From NCBI GenBank assembly GCA_020635355.1, contig JACJZW010000001.1:369633-433632 (forward strand): DNA of 64,000 nucleotides, written 5' to 3'. Under the pieces are notes generated by a model. It saw only the letters and a program-made list of their open reading frames with translations, searched no databases and was not told the origin of the DNA. The stretch comes from Flavobacteriales bacterium. GTDB taxonomy: Bacteria > Bacteroidota > Bacteroidia > NS11-12g > UBA9320. Positions 1-7,864 of the stretch are shown piece after piece (the first letter of the stretch is position 1; every line of letters begins with the position of its first letter). The position numbers and the translations under genes are program-made.

Positions 1-224
1 CCTGCAAAGGCATAGACCGCCGTGGCAAATAACTCGGGACTTTCCTGCAAGCCCAACCGGCTTACAAAAACTTCCAGGATTAAGGCCGGAATGGTGCTGA
101 GCATGCCAAAGGCAAATGCCTTGGCAAGTAATAATCGCGGTTCGCGATCAAACTTGTCTTTCCAGTAAATGTAGATGCAGATGGCCAGTCCTGGAGCAAG
201 TGCCACCGCCAACAACTGCATCAT
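1..224 (-). CDS. PrsW-family membrane protease, N-terminal fragment (gene runs off the window start)
   Basis: The minus-strand ATG at 224-222 overlaps the TGA of the upstream gene in an ATGA arrangement. The translation begins MMQLLAVALAPGLAICIYIYWKDKFDREPRLL, a hydrophobic N-terminus followed by a YIYxKDKFxREP motif that I recall from PrsW-like proteases. Only about 74 aa fall inside the window. Confidence 0.4.
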   Translation of the reverse strand, partial: MMQLLAVALAPGLAICIYIYWKDKFDREPRLLLAKAFAFGMLSTIPALILEVFVSRLGLQESPELFATAVYAFA

Positions 225-1360
225 CCGATGGCTTGTTTGAGGTCTTCGATGAGATCTTCCACATCTTCAATCCCCACACTCAACCGAATCAATGAGTCTT
301 TCAAACCAGCTTTTTCCCGCTCTTCTTTGGGAATAGATGCGTGCGTCATGCTGGCCGGGTGACCGCATAAAGACTCCACCCCTCCCAATGATTCGGCCAG
401 GGTAAACAGCTTGGTTTGGCTGATCACCTGGAAGGCATCCTCCAAATGATCACCTTTAAGGGTAAAAGACATCATACCGCCAAAATCCCGCATCTGGCGT
501 TTGGCCACATCGTGATTGGGGTGGTGCTCAAAACCAGGCCAGTATACCTTATCCACCTTAGGGTGATTTCTAAGGAACATGGCAATGGCCCGACCATTCT
601 CACAATGGCGTTGCATGCGAAGATGTAATGTTTTGATCCCTCTCAAAACCAGAAAGCAATCCTGTGGACCCGGTGTTCCGCCACAACTATTCTGAATGAA
701 GGTCAATTGCTCATGCAAGGTCTCATCGTTGCACACCAGTACCCCCATCACCACATCGGAATGGCCGTTGATGTATTTGGTCACGGAATGCATCACGATA
801 TCAGCCCCCAAGGTCATCGGATTTTGAAGGTAAGGCGATGCAAACGTGTTATCTACACAGAGCCATGCTCCACATGATTGAGCAAGGCCCGACATCGCTT
901 CGATATCGATCACTTTCAACAATGGATTGGTTGGGGTTTCCACCCAAAAAAGCCTCGTCTTATCGTTTATTAACGACTTCGTTGCCTCCAGGTCGTTCAT
1001 ATCTACGAAGTGAAATACCACACCGTAGTGACTGAATATTTTTGTAAAAATGCGATAGGATCCACCATATAAATCATTGGTTGAAATCACCTCATCACCC
1101 GGTTTTAACAGCTTGGCTACCGCGTCGATGGCCGCCATTCCGCTGGAAAAACACATGCCAAATCGAGCCTGTTCCAACGCGGCAATATTGTCCTGCAATT
1201 GTGTCCGCGTGGGATTATGTGTTCGGCTGTATTCATATCCCTTATGATCGCCGGGACCCGCCTGTGCATAGGTTGATGTCTGATAAATAGGTGTCATGAT
1301 GGCTCCGGTTTCCGGATCCGGGTGAACACCCGCGTGAATGGTTTTGGTGTTGAATTTCAT
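221..1360 (-). CDS. PLP-dependent Cys/Met metabolism enzyme (cystathionine gamma-synthase / cystathionine beta-lyase / methionine gamma-lyase family)
   Basis: The PLP-lysine motif SVTKYINGHSDVVMG is present, along with the family-typical N-terminus MKFNTKTIHAGV. The ORF track starts at a TTG (1372). The first ATG (1360) matches the usual MKF... start. Confidence 0.85.
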   Translation of the reverse strand: MKFNTKTIHAGVHPDPETGAIMTPIYQTSTYAQAGPGDHKGYEYSRTHNPTRTQLQDNIAALEQARFGMCFSSGMAAIDAVAKLLKPGDEVISTNDLYGGSYRIFTKIFSHYGVVFHFVDMNDLEATKSLINDKTRLFWVETPTNPLLKVIDIEAMSGLAQSCGAWLCVDNTFASPYLQNPMTLGADIVMHSVTKYINGHSDVVMGVLVCNDETLHEQLTFIQNSCGGTPGPQDCFLVLRGIKTLHLRMQRHCENGRAIAMFLRNHPKVDKVYWPGFEHHPNHDVAKRQMRDFGGMMSFTLKGDHLEDAFQVISQTKLFTLAESLGGVESLCGHPASMTHASIPKEEREKAGLKDSLIRLSVGIEDVEDLIEDLKQAIG

Positions 1361-1392
1361 ATCGTCGGGCAAATATACACGTGCTCCCCGAC

Positions 1393-3876
1393 CTAATACT
1401 GCCAGTTTCCGCTGAAACCGTTGTAAAAGTCAATACCAAATTTAAGCCCTTGGCTGGCTCCGTTAATGTTGTTGGCTCCGGCCGTATAATACGTGCCAAA
1501 TCGGAACAATTGCCCCCACAAGCGGAATGGGCGTTCCAACCCTGCAAAGGATTCAATGTGCGTCATACCCGTTTCTTCCAATAGCAAAACGCTACTGCCT
1601 ACAGCCGTTTGCAAACCTATGCGTCTAAAAAATCGCATCTGCCCCAAAATGGCTCCATTGAAGTGGTGGACATAATGTCCCTGAAAATACGCCTTGGATG
1701 TGGCCAAACTAAGCGGACCAATCAGTTGGAAGGTTTGGAGCGGATTGGAGAAGTAATAACGATCCGATCCCCGGAAGTATCGAAGACTGCTTATACGTAC
1801 TTCTCGTGCATTAATAAATCGCCCTGCCTGCACCGAGAAACGGGAAATTCCCATTCGGGAAAGCCAGATATCGTGATCACTTCGAACATTGAGCAAATCG
1901 TAGTTCACATCACTTTTCAGGAATGGTTTGATCCCCTTGCTATAATGGACGCGAACGATGGGATACTTCGTTCCAAGAATTACCTTCTTCTCTGGTCTCA
2001 ATTCATACCGCTGACGGAAAGAGATTCTGGCATCCAGCGAAAGAACCAATTCCTCAAATGGAGCGAAATCCTGTGGTTTGGAAAACAGCGGGAAATTCTC
2101 CCAAAAATTCTCAACGGTCTTGCCTTTGTAGGGTCTGAATTGATTGTAATCCACGTAAGACTTCAACAGAAAGCCATTAAATATCTCCCGTTCATAGCCA
2201 ATCCCATAACCAATATTATCCGCGTAATTGGACGGACTGAATGTTGCGCGAATGGAGTTATTGAGGTTAATCATGGTATACACATGGGTGTACTTCAACC
2301 GAATCCGGGAAAATGTAAACGGATCGTACATGAATCGCATATTGGTTTCGCCCCGAACATTCTTGTTCAAAATGCCGTAGCTCAACGATCCCTCGTACTC
2401 CAGTTGCTTACCATTTTTCCAATCCTTGGTAAATGTGCCACCCAACTTATGCCGATACCCGTCCACGGTGTTTATGCTGATTTGGGCCACTAAAGGATAG
2501 AAATACCACTTCACCCCTTTCTTGGTATTTTGATGCTGAATTCCGGTTAATACTATGCCCCAGATATTCATGTGATTCTGAATGGAATCCTGCATTTCCA
2601 AATATTCCACCGATTCGTGAAAAGTCTTGATACTATCTTGGGTATGAACGAATTGCGCTTCCAGTTTTTTCAGTCCGATGGGTCTGAGATTGGCCCAATA
2701 GTCCTCTTCCCGTTTGTAACTATCCGGATCAAAGATGATGTCGCCACTGCGCATAAACTTTTTCGACACCGTCACATTGGGTTGAAATTGATCAAAATAC
2801 ACCGTGGTGTGTCCAAACGCCGTGCGGTTCTTGGGCAACGCTGCATCATAATAAAATTCTTGTCGTTGGATATAGGAATACCTCCCCGTGGAATCAAAAC
2901 CGTAATCCTGCACCATTTGGAACCGATCGAAGAAATGGAGTTTGACGCGCTTAAATTCCAAATCCAGGGCATGAACGGTGAACGATTCATCCCGAATATA
3001 TAGCTCTCCTTCAACGGTGTTCATCGGGGATTTTGGGATGACCTTTATCCGATAGATCATCACACCATCCTCCCGAAACGACTCCAACAGCCGGAAAGCA
3101 TATTTGTCCATGGCGTGCTTACCCACCGGTGAAAGAATGGGCGTAGGTGCCAGTTTGGGCACTTCCAATTGATCGGTATGAATGTTTAAATCACCATCTA
3201 CAATCCGGGTGAAATACAGAAAGGGGTTCGTAATCTCCACACTTTCCCGACCCTTTTCATCCACCGAGACACTGAAGGACACCGTTTGTTGCCGTTGTTC
3301 GGCATTGTCCCTAAAGGCATGTTTAATTTCCTTGAATTGATTTGGACGCTGGAAATAGACATCACTGATCGATTCAATCAGATTGACATTTCTACGTGTC
3401 GTGAGGTCTGGCGTGGTGGTATCCGGGTGTTCCAAATCTTCCATTTCAAGCGAAGCCTTGAGGTACATGGACTCCTGATAGGTTTCCAACCCCTTGTTAT
3501 AGGATTTCGTAGTGGCCATTACTTTACGGATAATGGCATACGCCGGATCTTCCCGATCCTTATCCACTACAACGGTTTGGAGCACTTCCTCAGACTCGGT
3601 CATTCGTATATCCAGGCGGATTTCTCCCCGAACCTGAACCACCTTCTCGATGGGCTGATACCCCAATGACTCAAATACCAACGTATGCTGCCCCTCCGCG
3701 AGGTGAGCGATATAAAATCCCTTCACGTTGGATACAACCCCATACGATCCGCCTTTAACGTGCACCGTAGCATATGAGATGGGGCCCTTGGCATCGGTAA
3801 TATAGCCTTCCACCGTTTGGGACGACGCCCAGCTAGTTCCCAACAGCGAGAATAAAATAAGGAGGTAGCGGTTCAT
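1393..3876 (-). CDS. Carboxypeptidase-like regulatory domain (CarbopepD_reg) protein with a large C-terminal beta-rich domain (DUF5686-like), secreted/OM
   Basis: There is a signal peptide (MNRYLLILFSLLGTSWASSQ). A CarbopepD_reg block follows (VEGYITDAKGPISYATVHVKGG...GFYIAHLAEGQHTLVFESLGYQ). The remaining ~700 aa are rich in aromatic/Gly/Asn and end in ...GNWQY. Confidence 0.6.
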   Translation of the reverse strand: MNRYLLILFSLLGTSWASSQTVEGYITDAKGPISYATVHVKGGSYGVVSNVKGFYIAHLAEGQHTLVFESLGYQPIEKVVQVRGEIRLDIRMTESEEVLQTVVVDKDREDPAYAIIRKVMATTKSYNKGLETYQESMYLKASLEMEDLEHPDTTTPDLTTRRNVNLIESISDVYFQRPNQFKEIKHAFRDNAEQRQQTVSFSVSVDEKGRESVEITNPFLYFTRIVDGDLNIHTDQLEVPKLAPTPILSPVGKHAMDKYAFRLLESFREDGVMIYRIKVIPKSPMNTVEGELYIRDESFTVHALDLEFKRVKLHFFDRFQMVQDYGFDSTGRYSYIQRQEFYYDAALPKNRTAFGHTTVYFDQFQPNVTVSKKFMRSGDIIFDPDSYKREEDYWANLRPIGLKKLEAQFVHTQDSIKTFHESVEYLEMQDSIQNHMNIWGIVLTGIQHQNTKKGVKWYFYPLVAQISINTVDGYRHKLGGTFTKDWKNGKQLEYEGSLSYGILNKNVRGETNMRFMYDPFTFSRIRLKYTHVYTMINLNNSIRATFSPSNYADNIGYGIGYEREIFNGFLLKSYVDYNQFRPYKGKTVENFWENFPLFSKPQDFAPFEELVLSLDARISFRQRYELRPEKKVILGTKYPIVRVHYSKGIKPFLKSDVNYDLLNVRSDHDIWLSRMGISRFSVQAGRFINAREVRISSLRYFRGSDRYYFSNPLQTFQLIGPLSLATSKAYFQGHYVHHFNGAILGQMRFFRRIGLQTAVGSSVLLLEETGMTHIESFAGLERPFRLWGQLFRFGTYYTAGANNINGASQGLKFGIDFYNGFSGNWQY

Positions 3877-3981
3877 GGTTCAATGTTACACTAACCGCTG
3901 AAGATGCTCATCTACGCTCAACGAAAAAGCCCATACGTTGGACAAACGATTCCATAACATAGGTTAATTCCAAGATTTGGC

Positions 3982-3989
3982 TAGGTTTG
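3982..3989 (+). promoter_or_regulatory. Bacteroidota sigma-A -7 box (TAGGTTTG) upstream of the first MscS gene
   Basis: TAGGTTTG matches the TAnnTTTG consensus and lies 24 nt upstream of the ATG at 4014. An identical box precedes the paralog at 5231-5238. Confidence 0.5.
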
Positions 3990-4013
3990 TTTAACCACTT
4001 AACTAAAACAGAT

Positions 4014-4823
4014 ATGGATACCGAAAAAATTATTTCACAGCTCATTGAGATGAGTGTGAATTATGGCCCAAAACTTCTGGGAGCCATAGCGGTTCTGGTC
4101 ATCGGAACCTGGGTGATCAAGTTCCTGGTCAAGGCTATGGGTAAGATGCTGAAAAAATCCGGCATCGACGATTCTCTTGCCTCCTTTCTGCGCACCATGG
4201 CGCACACCCTCATGCGTGTTCTGTTGGTGCTGAGCGTCCTAAGTATGCTGGGCATCGAAATGACGTCATTTATCGCCATCCTGGGCGCAGCCGGACTGGC
4301 CGTGGGTATGGCCCTGAGTGGTACCCTTCAAAACTTCGCCGGAGGGGTGATCATTCTCATATTCAAACCTTACAAGGTGGGTGATGTGATCGAGGCAAAT
4401 GGATATAAGGGAGTGGTTCAGGCCATCCAAATCTTTAACACCATTCTTAAAACGCCAGCCAATCAAACCGTGATTATTCCGAACGGTGAAATGTCGACCT
4501 CCTCCATGGTAAATAATACAATGGGTTCCGATATGTGTGTGGAATGGGTGTTTTCGATCAGTTATGGCGATTCATTTCCCAAGGCTAAAGAGGTGATTTT
4601 GAATCATCTTCGCTCGGATTCCCGTGTGCAACAGGACCGACCACCCTTCGTAGCCTTATTAGCCATGGCCGATAGCTCCATTAACATTGTCACCCGCGCC
4701 TGGGTGAATCAGGATGATTACTGGGGAGTGTTTTTCGATATGAATGAACGCATTTACACCTCCTTCCCTCAAAACGGATTATCCATTCCTTTTCCTCAAA
4801 TGGATGTTCACGTTCATAATTGA
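4014..4823 (+). CDS. Small-conductance mechanosensitive channel (MscS family)
   Basis: Three N-terminal TM helices are followed by an MscS beta-domain block (KPYKVGDVIEANGYKGVVQAIQIFNTILKTPANQTVIIPNGEMSTSSMVN). The ORF track start at 3987 is a TTG. The ATG at 4014 aligns with the paralog N-terminus. Confidence 0.85.
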   Translation: MDTEKIISQLIEMSVNYGPKLLGAIAVLVIGTWVIKFLVKAMGKMLKKSGIDDSLASFLRTMAHTLMRVLLVLSVLSMLGIEMTSFIAILGAAGLAVGMALSGTLQNFAGGVIILIFKPYKVGDVIEANGYKGVVQAIQIFNTILKTPANQTVIIPNGEMSTSSMVNNTMGSDMCVEWVFSISYGDSFPKAKEVILNHLRSDSRVQQDRPPFVALLAMADSSINIVTRAWVNQDDYWGVFFDMNERIYTSFPQNGLSIPFPQMDVHVHN

Positions 4824-4825
4824 GA

Positions 4826-4868
4826 TGCGGGATTCGGGATTCGGGATGCGGGATTCGGGATTCGGGAT
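4826..4868 (+). repeat. (GGGATTC)n heptamer tandem array, 6 G-triplets (G-quadruplex consensus)
   Basis: The sequence gcGGGattcGGGattcGGGatgcGGGattcGGGattcGGGattt lies immediately after the MscS stop codon. Confidence 0.9.
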
Positions 4869-4874
4869 TTTTAA

Positions 4875-4980
4875 TGATTGATTGTTGATGTTGAATGTCT
4901 AATCGAGGACAAAAATGTTTTTGCACTTTGATCTTTGAGTTTTGATCTTCCTTAGTTTAAACGCAAAGCCTCTCAACAAA
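4875..4980 (+). repeat. Direct repeat unit, copy 1 (~106 bp)
   Basis: It runs from tgattgattgttgatgttgaatgtc to tttttgcactttgatctttgagttttgatcttcctt.gtttaaacgcaaagcctctcaacaaa. It is near-identical to 5015-5121. Confidence 0.85.
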
Positions 4981-4983
4981 TTC

Positions 4984-5007
4984 GGGATTCGGGTTTCGGG
5001 ATTCGGG
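4984..5007 (+). repeat. (GGGATTC)-like array, 4 G-triplets
   Basis: The sequence is GGGattcGGGtttcGGGattcGGG. Confidence 0.9.
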
Positions 5008-5014
5008 ATGTTGG

Positions 5015-5121
5015 ATGACTGATTATTGATGTTGGATGTCGAATCGGTAACAATAATGTTTTTGCACTTTGATCTTTGAGTTTTGATCTTCCTTGGTTTA
5101 AACGCAAAGCCTCTCAACGAA
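5015..5121 (+). repeat. Direct repeat unit, copy 2 (~107 bp), followed by a degenerate third partial copy (5122-5215)
   Basis: This is about 90% identical to 4875-4980. The TTGCACTTTGA motif recurs at 4921, 5071, 5168 and 17068. Confidence 0.85.
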
Positions 5122-5230
5122 TTTGGGATGTTGGATTTGAGTTGCCGTATTGAGATCATAGATCTTTTTGCACCTTGATCTTTGCACGTTGAGTTTTAAT
5201 GGTCAATTCGCAATTCAACTTCCTATTCCA

Positions 5231-5238
5231 TAGGTTTG
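5231..5238 (+). promoter_or_regulatory. -7 box TAGGTTTG upstream of the MscS paralog
   Basis: This is the same octamer as at 3982. It lies 10 nt upstream of the ATG at 5249. Confidence 0.45.
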
Positions 5239-5248
5239 CACCCGATAT

Positions 5249-6076
5249 ATGACACTTGACACAGAACTTATTCTTACCAAAGGCGCGGAAATCATTCTTG
5301 AATTCGGGCCAAAATTAATTTCCGCCATTCTGGTTCTCATTGTAGGATTATGGGTGGTCAAATTACTCGTAAAGGGCTTTAACCGGTTGATGGAAAAATC
5401 GTCTCTGGATGATTCCCTCAAGCCATTTTTACGTTCCTTGGTCCGGACCATTCTGCGTATCCTCCTCGTTCTTACAGCACTGAGTACGCTTGGGGTGGAA
5501 ATGACGTCGTTCGTAGCCATTTTAGGTGCCGCAGGTTTGGCCGTTGGTATGGCCCTAAGTGGCACCCTTCAGAATTTTGCCGGAGGAGTGATCATCTTGA
5601 TTTTTAAACCATTCAAGGTGGGCGACTTCATTGAAGCACAGGGATATTCCGGAACGGTTAACTCCATTCAAATTTTCAATACCGTTCTCAAAACACCGGA
5701 CAATAAAACCATCATCATTCCCAACGGTGGCTTATCAACAGGATCAATGATCAATTATAATGAGGAGGCTACCCGACGAGTAGATTGGGTTTTTGGCATT
5801 GCCTACGGCGATGACTATGATCGAGCCGAATCCGTGATTCGCGATATGATGATGCGGGATGATCGTGTTCTCAAGGATCCGGAGGTGTTTATCGCGCTGA
5901 AGGAACTGGCCGATAGCTCTGTGAATCTTGTAGTACGAGCCTGGGTAAACACACCTGATTATTGGGGCGTATTCTTCGATACAAACCAACAGGTGTACAA
6001 AGAATTCCCAAAACACGGCTTGAACATTCCATTTCCACAAGTGGATGTTCACATGCACCAGAACAGCGGGAACTAA
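5249..6076 (+). CDS. Small-conductance mechanosensitive channel (MscS family), paralog of 4014-4823
   Basis: It is collinear with the upstream paralog at roughly 60% identity. Shared blocks include SLDDSLKPFLRS..., GAAGLAVGMALSGTLQNFAGGVIILIFKPFKVGD and IPFPQVDVHMH. Confidence 0.85.
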   Translation: MTLDTELILTKGAEIILEFGPKLISAILVLIVGLWVVKLLVKGFNRLMEKSSLDDSLKPFLRSLVRTILRILLVLTALSTLGVEMTSFVAILGAAGLAVGMALSGTLQNFAGGVIILIFKPFKVGDFIEAQGYSGTVNSIQIFNTVLKTPDNKTIIIPNGGLSTGSMINYNEEATRRVDWVFGIAYGDDYDRAESVIRDMMMRDDRVLKDPEVFIALKELADSSVNLVVRAWVNTPDYWGVFFDTNQQVYKEFPKHGLNIPFPQVDVHMHQNSGN

Positions 6077-6621
6077 AGTCCTGCAAGCTCATACCCAATA
6101 CCCAGTCGTATCATATTTTCACCCACACCATAGGTTCCGGTAGCAAACCAATACTTATGGAAAATGTAGTTCGCAGAAAAGGCCAATTGGATAAAACCAG
6201 TTTTGTACTCTTCACGGGGTTTTACAGCATTGAGTAGAAACGGATTATCGCTTTGAACCAACCATTCCTGGTGCACCCATCCACCCGCCAACGAAAAGGA
6301 TGGATACCAGCGCGCCCCCTTCTTGTAACCTGAGTACCTCAACACCATTCCATAACCGCCCTCATTCCGAATTTGCTTGTATTTTCCCTCACCGGGCCAC
6401 TCATTCACGATTCGATCCCGGTTAATAAAGCCCAGAAAACCAATATTCATTCGCTGACCGTAAGTGGCTTCCATCCATACATGAGGCAGATATTGTTGTT
6501 GGGCTCGTTTTTGATAAAAGTCATACCCCAACGACGTTCTCAACTCGATGACCTGGGCTCGAGAGTCATTGCCGCAGGAAGTCATGAGGATGATAAGGAC
6601 AAGTGATCTAACTGCCATCAT
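6073..6621 (-). CDS. Outer-membrane beta-barrel protein (small porin-like), hypothetical
   Basis: There is a signal peptide (MMAVRSLVLIILMTSCG). The composition alternates aromatic and Gly residues and the protein ends in ...GYELAGL. It converges on the MscS paralog with a 4-nt overlap. Confidence 0.5.
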   Translation of the reverse strand: MMAVRSLVLIILMTSCGNDSRAQVIELRTSLGYDFYQKRAQQQYLPHVWMEATYGQRMNIGFLGFINRDRIVNEWPGEGKYKQIRNEGGYGMVLRYSGYKKGARWYPSFSLAGGWVHQEWLVQSDNPFLLNAVKPREEYKTGFIQLAFSANYIFHKYWFATGTYGVGENMIRLGIGYELAGL

Positions 6622-7142
6622 TATTCCTCCGGATTGAAGTTTAGTCCATAGCCTTCAGGAATTTCAGGTACCACTAACACATATTTAAACGAGAACCCTG
6701 TTATTCCTGTGCCGAAACATCCAGTAAAGGACTCAAGTCGAGATCCAATCATGATTTCCTCAAGTTTGTGATTCACGAACACCCGATATTCCAGGTGGGC
6801 GTCATTCACTTCGTTAACCCCACCAAAATCTGCCATTATTACATCCTCTGTGGTCCAATCAACATCTGAAAAATAGCCGGAAATGAGCTTGAAGTTGGAT
6901 AAACTATTGGTGTCCTTGATTACAAAGCCATTGAGTTTGTCATGAGTGAGCTGTCCGCTACTGAAGAGGCGGGTTGCAATATCTGTATAAGTCAATTCAT
7001 TGGTGCCAATAATGCGAGTATTGAGCAAATCGTACCCTTGAGGTGTCTCAAAACGGGTACTGAAATCCCTCTTGACTTCCAGACAACAGGACGAAAATAT
7101 AAACACACTGATAACTAATACGAAAGACAACAACCTGTTCAT
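6621..7142 (-). CDS. Lipoprotein, hypothetical
   Basis: A lipobox-like signal is present (MNRLLSFVLVISVFIFSSCC). The ORF track start at 7148 is a TTG; the first ATG is at 7142. It shares a single nucleotide with the start of the downstream barrel gene. Confidence 0.45.
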   Translation of the reverse strand: MNRLLSFVLVISVFIFSSCCLEVKRDFSTRFETPQGYDLLNTRIIGTNELTYTDIATRLFSSGQLTHDKLNGFVIKDTNSLSNFKLISGYFSDVDWTTEDVIMADFGGVNEVNDAHLEYRVFVNHKLEEIMIGSRLESFTGCFGTGITGFSFKYVLVVPEIPEGYGLNFNPEE

Positions 7143-7204
7143 GTACAACCCAAAGTTATTCTGGTTGATGGAATGTTGCTGCCGTATCCATCAAAATGAC
7201 AAAA

Positions 7205-7861
7205 TCAGGATTTCTTTAGCGCGCCGTCCTTCATTTCAATGACCCGATCAGCTGCTTCTGCCAGCGTTTGATTGTGGGTAACGATGATAAACGTTTGATT
7301 AAATTCATCGCGCAGCTGAAAAAAGAGGTCGTGAAGTTCGGAGGCATTTTCCGTATCCAGATTTCCTGAGGGCTCATCCGCCAATACCACCTTTGGTTCG
7401 TTCATGAGTGCCCTGGCTACCGCAACACGCTGTTGCTCTCCTCCACTCATGGCAGCCGGTTTATGCTGTTGCCGATGACCCAAATTCAAAAATTCCAATA
7501 GTTCCTTCGCTCTCGCTTCAGCCTTTCGACGGGATGTTCCGGCGATAAAGGCCGGCATGCACACATTCTCCAGGGCCGTAAACTCCGGCAATAAATGATG
7601 GAACTGAAAAATGAAGCCAATATTTCGATTTCGAAACGTAGACAAATCCCTGGAATTCAGTTTAAACAAATCCACATCGTCATACATCACCTGTCCGGCA
7701 TCCGGCTTGTCCAACGTTCCGATAATTTGCAACAACGTTGTTTTACCGGCACCAGAAGCTCCAACAATACTTACTATTTCACCATCGGAAATGGTGAGAT
7801 CCACTCCCTTCAAGACCTCTACACGGCCATACGACTTCTGTATTCCGGCAACTTTTATCAT
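7205..7861 (-). CDS. ABC transporter ATP-binding protein (LolD/MacB/FtsE-like); no adjacent permease
   Basis: It carries Walker A (GASGAGKTT), the ABC signature ([15 protein letters not shown]), Walker B ([12 protein letters not shown]) and an H-loop (IVTHN). Its start lies 3 nt after the stop of the M1-barrel gene. Confidence 0.85.
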   Translation of the reverse strand: MIKVAGIQKSYGRVEVLKGVDLTISDGEIVSIVGASGAGKTTLLQIIGTLDKPDAGQVMYDDVDLFKLNSRDLSTFRNRNIGFIFQFHHLLPEFTALENVCMPAFIAGTSRRKAEARAKELLEFLNLGHRQQHKPAAMSGGEQQRVAVARALMNEPKVVLADEPSGNLDTENASELHDLFFQLRDEFNQTFIIVTHNQTLAEAADRVIEMKDGALKKS

Positions 7862-7864
7862 GAA

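Noticed and set aside
1609-3014. Long antisense ORFs (1609-2493 +, 2572-3003 +) inside the 1393-3876 gene, and similar antisense ORFs elsewhere (33926-34651 -, 24549-24947 -, 37147-37567, 62829-63290 - and others)
   Set aside because: Each is embedded opposite a gene with strong domain evidence, has no recognisable motifs and has a low-complexity composition. These are treated as non-coding shadows.
4690-5159. ORFs 4690-4926 (-) and 4899-5159 (-) with periodic peptides (PESRIPH...; KIKTQRSKCKNI repeated)
   Set aside because: They are translations of the (GGGATTC)n arrays and the 106-bp direct repeats. They overlap the MscS gene 3' end in antisense and are not credible genes.
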